Shown here: piece after piece, positions 14,601-25,200 of the stretch
How positions within the stretch are numbered: the first letter of the stretch is position 1
Layout: every line of letters starts with the position of its first letter
Source: Euglena gracilis
Taxonomy: Eukaryota
Reading direction: 5' to 3'
DNA: 64,000 nucleotides
Assembly (NCBI GenBank): GCA_039621445.1
Contig: CP154954.1
Span: 25,060,954 to 25,124,953 of the forward strand
Notes under the pieces: generated by a model
Told to the model about the DNA's origin: nothing
The model's database searches: none
Seen by the model: the letters and a program-made list of their open reading frames with translations, nothing else
Position numbers and translations under genes: made by a program

Positions 14601-17600
14601 AGTCGGGTGCCGACCCCACCCGGGGGGGGGGGTGCCTGCCTGGGCAGGCACCCCAAGGCACTCCAAATCCGACCCCCCCAGGGGTAGGGGGGTAGGGCAC
14701 ACGGCCAAAAGTGCCCTAGCACAGACCCGGCGCCAAAGGCGCCGGGGAGCCAAAATGGCCTATTTTCAAAGGAATGTGCCTGGGCACAGGCCCAAATCCG
14801 ACCCCCCCCCATGGGGGGGGAGTGCCTGCCTGGGCAGGCACTCATAGGCACTCCGGACCCCCCTCCCCCCCCCCGGGGTTGGTAAAAAAACAGCCTGGAC
14901 CCCACCCCAGGATTTCCGGGAAAATCCAACAATACACACCACCGAAAACAGCAAAAGACCCCAAAATGGGTGATTTTTCCACATTTTTTGGGTTTTTTTT
15001 GCTCCTTTCAAATGTGTTGCAATTTGCATTTTTTGGGGACAATTTTCATTCATTGCCAAAAATCACCTTTTTTGACGTATTTTTGGGCCATCCTACCGGA
15101 AGGTTTTTTTCGGCTGAATTTTTCAAAAAAAATTCAAAAAGTAGATAGCCCCCCAAAATAAGACCCCCTGGGTCTTTTTAGCAACGGACCCAAAAAGCAG
15201 ACCCAGGGTCTTTTTTTGGGGTGGGTTTTGTTGCAAGGACGCTATAATCTCATGAATTTTTGGACGTCAACGCCACAACTGTAGTGTGATCAAGGAAGTT
15301 CGAAACGAAAAGTTTCAGGGCTTCTATTTGGTACAGTTACGAATTTTCCTCTTTGAGGTGAGACGTTCCAATCACACTTTGGTTAAATTGCTGAGGGAGT
15401 ATGTGGTTTCTAAATCTTGCCCCATCCCCTGCCATGGGGGGCTGCTGGCGAACTTCAACAACGACGCCGAGATCCAGAAGTACGTCCAGGCCAGGGTTGT
15501 ATGGGAAGCTCCGCAGACATGAGGTAGGTGGTAGGGGGGGTCACCCCCCCCCCCTAGGGGGGTAAGGTCTAAGGTGGTAGGGGGGGGTCACCCCACCCCC
15601 CCCCCTAGTTTCGGAAGGGGGGTCCCCCACCCCCCAGAGATTCCCATACAACCTTGGTCCAGGCCCAGAAGGATTTGCTACAGTTGCTGCGTGCGGGACG
15701 TCTGACGCAGGGCGCGTACCAGAAGATGGCGCCCAAGGCCTCTGCTCAATCCGAAACCATCCCCAGTGGGAGGGGGGTTCTCCATCCACTCGACAGGGAG
15801 GGACAGGGTATTACGTGAGCGTTGGCTTTGTACAGGGTTTTTTTTTATTTGTGGACCCCGGGGGGGGGAGGAGGTCCACGACTAAAAGGGGGGGTAGGGT
15901 GGGTGGGTCCGGCCGAGACCCCCCCCCCTGAGGGGGTCCCCCCAGGGAGGAGTGGGTTATATTTTTCGGCGCCTTTGGCGCCGAATTTTTTTGAAAAGGT
16001 GCTATTTTTAGCAATCTTTGGCCATTTTCAGGGAAAAGAAAGTGGGTTCCCCAGGACCCTCCCCGCGGGGGGGGGGGGACCCCGGGGCCCCAGGGGGTGG
16101 GTGGGTGGGGGGACCCCCCCTCCCCCCAGTCTTTAAAAAAACCCCTGTCAGGAGAGGGGAAGGGCCTCTCCCGCGGACCCCCCTGGAACCAAAAGCATTT
16201 CTTCTCCGGGGCTTTGTGCCGGAAGACTGCTTTTTTATCACATTTCTTTGTTCATTTGTTGAAAAGATTGCGAGTTCGGCCACTTTTTGAAGCCCCCCCC
16301 CCCAGAATTTTCTTGGGCAGAAGGGGGAGGGGGGAAGGGGGCACCAGATCCCCCTTCCCCCCTAGAAGGGGGGGGGTGCAACCCGGGGGGTAAAAAAAAA
16401 ACCTGCGCAAATCACTCTTCTTCTCCCGGGGAGGCGGGGGGTTCCGAGCAGGGCTTTGGCGGCGCAGGGGCTGCAGGCCTCCTCCTCCAAGCCGGGCCAC
16501 CCCGGCGCGGCCAGCCCGGCGGCGGTGAAGGACGCGTTCGAGCTGCCGCAGGGCGTGTCGGAATCGGTGCTGAGGTCCGCCTCCCTCCGCCCGCCTTCCA
16601 GCCAACCAAGCATCCCTCCCCCGGCGGTGGGAATGTGTTTGTGGAACAGACTTCCACGAAGCACTTGGCCGAAAACGTGACCGAATCCAATTTTTTTCCT
16701 GGCATGCTGGACCAAAAGCTAGAATCCATGAAAGGTCAGTCAAACCCTGTAGGTTTATTTCCGGAGTGACTGACTGGATTTTTTTTTTTGCTCCGGACCC
16801 CACCGGGGGGGGGGGGTCGGCCAGGACTGGCCTAAATTTCGGCGCCGAAGGCCCCAGAAATTTTGGGGTATCGACCAAAGTCTATTCATTTTTGGCCGTT
16901 ATGGCCGAAATGGCCAAGTGACCCTCAGGGTCCTCCCCGAGGATGGGAAGTGGGTGACTGGTTTTTCAAAAGTAACTGACTAGTTTTTTGGAATGAACTC
17001 CCCCCTCCGGTGAAGACCTCCCTTCTGGAGATAAATTCTTTTCTTTTCCTGTGCTTTGTGCCCCATCCTGAAGAACGTCATTCTCCCTCAACCCTCTGTT
17101 ATCCTGTGGCGCATTTGCTCAAAACGCCCACACTGGCCTGTTTCGATATCAGCAGTCTCCACCACATATGTCGCCTTGTGGCCCCAAATACCACCCTCCC
17201 TTGCTGAAAGAACACCACCCTTGTGTGGTGAACAACGGATAAACCGTCATTTCCCAGTCGCTGGTATTCCAGAGGTGAGGCATTCTTACCTTGGCATGTT
17301 CCTCGACCGCGAGGCGCATTGCCCCAGCGTCGATCTGGAACTCACAGGCCATTCCCGTGTGGGGGCAGCTTGCTACCTGCTTGAAGTCGGAGTGCTTCAG
17401 GCGGCCTTCCACCTGCTTGTACTCCTTCTTCCATTTTTCCAACGTCTCCAAGTCATTGACCACGGGACAGCCCCCCCCCCCCCACCCACCACGGGTTGTT
17501 GATCACAGCTTAGTGGTCTTGGGACAAGCGAGGGTATGATTATGACACGGGGTCCTGTCTCTCGCAGGCAGTGGTATGACTGGGACACCAAGCGGTGGAT

Positions 17601-20600
17601 GGAGGAGCACGTGCAGGTGGTGGTGGACTGGCAGCCCCTGGCCCAGGGCAACCTCCGCGTGGCGGTGCGGATGCTGGACCTCTCCCGGCCAGGGTTAGAC
17701 GGGGGGTTGGGGGTGGGGGGTGGCTGTCCCCGACCCCTTCCGCCTGCAAGGGATGTTCCTCTGAAGAAAGACTTTCCCGTTGGTGCCTCGTGCATCGGTC
17801 CAATTCAGCCCCGAATGATTTCCACAAAGTGCAACGCTGTCCTTTTTGGCAAGGTCGGAGGCAAAAATCAGTGATCCAGACTGCATTATTGGCCAGGTCG
17901 GGCTGTTCTCTGAATTCCACCCCCTGGGACTTGCGTTAAACCCTGCTCCTGGCCCAAGGGGCAACGGGCTTGTGTGGCAAAGTACCTGAAGGTGTTGCCT
18001 TATCTTGTGCCACGTGGCTCAGTCAAATTATCAAGTTGCTGAATGGTTTTTCTTTTCAATCAAGTGTATTTATCTTTATTCTAATTCATTTATATGTCTG
18101 TAGATTTTTCAATTAACCAATACCTGCGAAAAGAGCACCTTATGATTCAATGTGGTTGTATTTTTCAGAGAGCCTTATTTTAAAAATCCTGTTTTTTTGA
18201 AAGCAGGAAAAACGAAAAGTTTAATTTTTAACAATGTTTGAGGGTGGCAGAGTACTTCCTGAATTGATATATCCCATTGCCGAAAGGAACTGGGAACGGC
18301 ACAGTCCCTTCAGACGAGGGTGTTGCAGGCCCTCCTGAATACCACATATCTCGATTATCGATGCCTGGAGTTAGAGTCCAAGGCGTTTTTTTTCCCTTTC
18401 TGTTGGGTGTATTTTCCAAACTCAAAAAACTTCCAAATCCAAACCACTTCACCAGCTGCTGTGGGGTAACCCTAACACTCACCCCACATGAAATTGAAAC
18501 CCTTCCTGAAATTCTGGTAAATCAGAGATGCCCCTCTTTTCAACGTACCCCATCGTTGTGTCATTCATGAACCTTGACCTCATGAACCTTGTCAACCTGT
18601 GACCTTGAACTTGTGTCATTCATGAACCTTTCAATCTTCAAATGGTTCCCAATAAAATTAAAAAAAATGCCTGCTCCACAGAGAGCCTTGCGTGACAACC
18701 TGAAGAAGAAAGGTTTGGAGATAGGCTTAGGGTTACGGTGAGTTCTGGGTGGAGGAGTGGTTCTTTGAAGGAGGGAATAGATCCCGGAGTTACGTCAATT
18801 TTCTCTAGGGTTTTTTTTTAAAAAGTATGATGCCTGCTTCCGCTGTGGATGTGTCAGCCGAAGTTGGTCTTTTGTGGGGGGGGGAGCTGGTTACCGGGAA
18901 AATAAAATTTGAGCAGGAAAGAACGTTTCGCAAAAAGTTCTCGTATTTTTGTCAGGATTTCCAACGTGGTTGATGCAGAATTTTCAACTCCAACTTAACT
19001 CTGCCAAGGATGTGATGATTGCTGTTATGATTGCTCCAATAAGATAGCAAAAATTTCAGTCCCCTCCCCCACAGTGTTGCAAGGAGTTTTCTGTGTTCAA
19101 AATCTCAGGGCTGGGAAAATCATAAGATTTTGGAGGTAATTCTCATGGATATTGCCAGAAGAGCAATTTTGGAATTTTTCAATCCAGAATCTTCCGGACT
19201 TTTTCCAGTTTTGTCCAATATTTCCTTCTTTTCTTGTCATTGATCATTGATCGCCCCCATACAGATTTATGCCCCCAATCACAGTTTTGAAAGGGGGACA
19301 CACACCTTTGTTCACTGCTTTGCGGAAACGCTGGAGGGCACTCCCCGACCCCTCCCAGATTTCTTTTTAATCAAGGTCGCAGGTGGGTGGGTGCTCTGTG
19401 CAGGAGGGGAGGCAAGCACTTTGGACCCCCCTGGGGGGTCGGGTTTTGGGGTTGGTAATGTAATAGCACACCCCCTGGCACCGAAGGTGCTGGGGGCCAA
19501 AAGTGGCCATTTTCAAGGGAAATTGACTTGGCCGGGTCCCAAATCCAACCTCCTGGAGGGAGGGTTGCTTTGGGAGGCGCCCCATAGGGCAAGGCACCCC
19601 TCCCCCCCCCCCTCAGGGTTGGTAAACAGAAGCCAGACCCCTCCTCCACGGGGGAGGGTGGTGGATTTTTGAGAGCGGGTGGGTGGGTGGGTGGATCGCT
19701 GGCCAACCACACCTCGGTCCACCATGGGTCAATCTGGCCCGGCCAAAGGCCAGGCCGGATAGTTTTTCAAGGGTTTCCGGCCAATTTTTTGGTGGTTGGG
19801 TGGGTGGGTCGACCCCCGGGTGGGGGGAATCGTGGGTGGGTGGGTTTTCAAAAGGGGGTGGGTGGGGTTGGGCCCAGGAAAAGTGCATTAGTGAAACTGT
19901 GGTCGGGATGTGCGCCACCCCAAGTTCCGAGTTGCACCACAGGACCCCCCCCCCCCCAAGCGGCGCCTGGGGTTTCCGTCGCTCTGCACAGCCGGAGCAC
20001 TACGACCCGAAGGAGGGGGACCAGCAGTACTTCGTGGACGTGGAGATGCAGGCGCACTGTCGGGCAGTGGCGGACGCCTTCAACGCTGCCCGGCCGCCGA
20101 AGGAGGTCTCCTTCTTGGAGGCCGGGCCTTTCTCTCTGGGAGCTCACTCCCCCCCCCCTTCCCCCAATGGTTCGGTCGGTCCCCACCGAGGACGGTTTGC
20201 CTCCAGTGGCTGGGATGCTCCACACCCGGCTCCGTCAAGATAACCCATTTCCCCACCTATGGGGGTCCTTCCTTTTGGCTCGCTGGCCAAAAAACCATCC
20301 GGACAATGTCACCTGGTCTCAATCTAGGGGCAGAGTGAATGGAAAGATGCCACCATTCACATTTCACATTAAAATGGATATGATGTCAGGTGCCATTTGG
20401 AATCCGTCTGGGCATTGGCGGTGCTCCCTTTTCGCCAACAGATGAACCCTCATTCGCACTTGTGCCGTCACTTGCTCTGGGCTGAATTTCAAGGTGCGGC
20501 CGACCCTACCCTACCCTGCTGGTACCCCAAGGTACTCCAATACCCCTCTCCCCCAGGGTTTGCCAAATCCAGCCTGCCCCATTGTTGTGGTTGGTACCCT

Positions 20601-21948
20601 GTTTTTGGAGGCCTGTCGTTTTGGGCAGAGGCCAGTGTTACCCTTCCCATTGACGTGTGATATGCCATCGTTGGACAAACTTGTCAGCTGGCTGTAGGTG
20701 TCTACCTGTTTGGGGTTGCTAGGAAAGAGGAACAGGGCTCGTCGCAGGCATGGGTGATCTGCCGCTCTGGCAACGTGCTACCAAACCAACGGGTGTGCTT
20801 TGTTTGCCTTCGTGCATTTCTCGGAAGAGCTCAAAGTTCCCCAAGAAAGAGTATGATTATCAATTCAGCCTTTTAACCTTTCTCTGATAATTTGGCTTAT
20901 ATCATACTTTCATGTTTTGGATAAGTTGGATTATATTTCATCTTACAAATTTGGGAAAGCGCTATTTCCCTTCATAAAATGTCTAATGGAGTTTATTATT
21001 TTTTTGTGCTCTTCCGTAAGAGGTTCCTATGTGTCCCCCCTCTGATGGTTTCCTGCCTCTCTGTGTGGCCTCAGGTCCTCGCAGCCGAACCGTATATTGA
21101 CCCCACAAGCTACTTGAAGCACAACAACAACCACACATCACCCCCCGTTTTGCCTCTGTGCCTCACTTCACGCACAGGGGAGCACACACCAGCCGGTGGA
21201 CCAGCCCCAGGATGGGGTGATGTGTGGCCCCAATTGGGGGTTTGTTCATCCCCTGGCCCGGAACACGCCGCAGGCGTTCTCCCATTTCTCCTGGGAGTAC
21301 ACCCAGCACCGATTCATGATCGTCAGCCAGGCTGTCAGGCAGATGGATATCCGCCCGATGCCGCAATTTTTTTTATTGGCATCCCTGTCCCCCAGATGAC
21401 CTCCTGTCGCCTCATGTCTGCCCGCTGTGGTTTCAGTGGCGCATTTCCCCTCCGGCCTCATTCTGTTTTGTCACCCGAGCCTTTCGCCGGCAGCCTGCCT
21501 GGGATATCCAGGGAGTGGGGGACGTGTACACGGACCCCCAGATCCACAGTGCGACCCATGCAGTTGCTTTGTGCCTTCGGTGTCGATTACTTACGCCGCT
21601 CCTGGGTGCGGGGTGGTTGGCGGGCAGGACCCTGGGGGATTCTCCGACTACAACAAATGGTAATGGCTGGGGAAGCTGTTTTGTCAACATTGGGGGGAGG
21701 GTGGTATCTGAGTTCCTTTGGGTAGTACGAAGGTACTCATCACCCATTCTGCAGTCCGCAGGGTTGAACGCCATTTTGCCCAAACATCAGCTGAATTTGC
21801 TGTGCAGCCCAAATTTTCATTGGAATGGCCTGGGGGGGGGTGGGCTTGACGGAGGGGGATCAACTGCATGCTTGAAAAGGACCCTGATATTTTCATTTTG
21901 ATTGAGGAAGCACCCACCTCCCATTGGACAGAAAAAAATACACTGTGG

Positions 21949-21986
<38 letters not shown>

Positions 21987-22233
21987 CGCTGAGCTTGCCT
22001 CGACCCTCTCCTGTGGTGGGCACATGTATGGCGCTGACGACGATGGAACGGGGAAGGGACCCTGGGGGATGGGCAACTGCGGCATGGAGGCCAGGCTTTG
22101 AGCACCGTATTATCACCCCACCTGCAAGTGCACGAAACACCAATGAATACTCAGCACCCAGCAAGCAAAAAGAACACAGACAATACCCCCCCCCCCCACA
22201 CACACCCACCCACCCACCTGACGCACCTACACA

Positions 22234-22293
<60 letters not shown>

Positions 22294-25200
22294 AACGCAC
22301 TCACTCACTCACACACACACGCACCCACACCCACACCCACACACACCCACACCCACCCACACGTGTGCAATTTCGGATGGATGAAAATGCATGCACAATT
22401 CTCAAATAAAAAAAATCCATAAAACAGGGCATTTTAGAAACAACAAGAAAGTGGGTGTATCTTCGTTCAGTTTTGGATTGAATATGAATGAATATTGCTT
22501 TCTGATGCTATTTTAATTTTGGTCGGACAGGACATTAAAGTTTGCAAAAAGCTGGTGTTTTGTGTGTGTGTGTGTGTGAAATGTTTTCCTGATCTGATGA
22601 ACGACGAATAAAAGGACAGCCCACATCTCTTGGCTCCCCCGGTTGTGTGGAGGCCATGCAAGTAGGACACCTCTGATTCCCTGGATCCGCCGCAGGATAT
22701 TCTGACATTTCAACCCCACCCCCACTGATACCCCCCCCCCCCACTTATAACCCCCCCCCCCTCGGGCCGACCAACCAAACCGGATCCTATAACCCCCCGG
22801 GGAAGAAAAATGGAAACCGCCGGGGACGATTTTTCCAGCCCCAAACCACCCAAATACTGATTTTTTGGCAATTTTTTTTTGAGACCGACCATCATCAAAA
22901 ATGCCATTTTGACGAAATATGCCGAAAATTGCCAATTTGGGGGGTTTCGGGTCATTTTGGGGGGGGGTCGGATTTTCACCAACAATTCCGGATCCTATAA
23001 CCCCCCCCCCCCTGCCGGCCGACCGGCCGACCAACCTGACCAGAACCTATAAACCCGGGTGGTTTATGTTTGTGTTGTGTTTGATCTTGATGTTAGGATG
23101 TTAGTTGATGTTGGAGTTTGAGTAGGGTTACAGTTAATTTTGGAATGTGGTTTGGGTTGTGGTTTAAGCGAGAAATTGGGGTGGGTTGGGTGTATCATGC
23201 CTAAATTTAGCCTGAATTAAGGCCAAAAATGTGGCTTTGAACTCCGACCAAAATTTTCGTCAAATTTTTGTGTTAATTTGCCAGATCTTTGAATACAACT
23301 TCTCACCCCAACCCAACTTCTATAATTAACCCTAAATCAGAATCGTGGGGAAGGTGGCCTCCAAAATGTTCTCCCGACACGGATTGCCTTCAAGGATCAA
23401 ACAATATTATTTTTATCATTGTTCATTTTCATCATTTTATTGAAGGCAACCATCTGCATTTCTTCTGCCAAGAAAATTCTCTCGCCAGAGAATGCCTTTT
23501 CAAACAATTATTTTGGGGGTACAGTTTTTTTTTTGGCCTGGTGTTGCTCCACCAGAAAACTGCTGTTATGGTCGTTGCGGCTGTTCAGATGGGGTCACCC
23601 GCGCCCCCATAGGGTGGAGGTGAGGTCCTTACCGACCCCCATGGAGGGGGGGTCGGTACGGTCGGTACGACCCCCTCGATGACGGCTGCCCCCTCCAAGC
23701 CTGCCGCTGGGCATCAACAAGTTCCTGGAGACCCACCACTGCAACGCCGTCTGCCGCGCGCTGGGCATCGCCCGGCCCTCCAAGGTCGCCGTCGCGCAGC
23801 CCACCACGTCCTCCGGCACGCAGGTCGGCGGGCGACTCTCCGATGAAGAAATACAGAGGAATGGCTGCTGGCCGTTTGCCACCCACGCAGAAGTGTCCGC
23901 AGCCTATTTTGCGCGCGGGAGGTTTGCTCAGCAGGACGTTGGAAGAAAGAAATGGACGCGCTGCTTTAATAGCCCGCAAAGTTGTAGTTTTGGGTGCTGC
24001 CCTTATGGTTCAAAGGGCGTGGAAAGTTAGATTTGTAAAGTAAGTTAGTTTTCATTTCTTTTTTTTAAGAAATGTATTCTGTGCATTTTGTGTCACCAAC
24101 GTTGGATCAATTTCTTTCCCTTTCTCTACCTCTTACATTTCAGGTACCGTTGAGGGACAACAGGAGCACTCCGGCGTGGAATTTCAAGCTTCATGACTTC
24201 GACCAGCGAAACCCTCCTTCCGCATGCCGCCGTCATCTGGCCTCCCTGGCATTTCAAATCAAGCACCAAGCCTCGTCATTGGAATTAGAGGTTGGTTATG
24301 TATCTGAAACTTCACACAAAAATTTCCCCCTCCCTGTTTTTGTCCTGTGTTTTTATCATGTATTATTTCATCTGTCCACAAACTTGACTTCAGGGCAATT
24401 TTGGTCCAGGTGTGCCCTAAGCACAAACTCTACAACTCTGCCTTCATTTGACAGCCTGGGCCGACCATGGTCCTTGGCTAAAGGAAGCCCAGACGATACC
24501 AGAGCTCCCAAAGAAGGTGCTCGCCTCCCTGTACAAGCTTTCTGGAGGCAAACTTGTTTAAGTGGACTCAGTGCACTAAATTGTTTTCTTCTCAAGTTTG
24601 CTGCCAAAAAAGCCAAAAAACTTGTTCCGTGCAATACCAATGGGTTGGGTTTTTTTCTTCTGTCCGCAAATTGTGTCTTTCCGTCAACACGGGGGGGTGC
24701 TTAACCCCCCCCCCCCTGTGTCAACGCCACATTCCCTGAAAAATGCCGTGTGTTGGATAGGGATGAGGTTGGGGATTTCTTCGCGATTCAGTGCCCTGAT
24801 CAACGGCTGCGTGTCTCCAGACCAATGAGCACAGGCGGTCCCTCAGTTTGCTAACGGGGCCGGGGAGCTTTCGCTGTGACCATCCGTGACCTGCGGCCGG
24901 TGCGGGACGGCATGGACAGGGGCGGGTTCCCCGTTGTCTCAGGCAGAACTCTGCGGTGGCCGGCCACCACGGACCGGAAATGGGCAGGCAGCAGCATTTG
25001 AAGAACTGGGGCAATGGAATGGGGCCATCCATAGCCGCCAGGGAAACTGAACACTGACACTGAAAGACAGGGGCAGAGGAAAAGCGGTGTTGAGGAACAA
25101 CGGTTTGAGCTTTGAAGGGCGGGGCAAAAAAGGAGCACAAACGGAAATTGGAGTAACCCCCCTCCCCCAGTAGAAGCACGGGTGCGCTTATAGCGGACCG

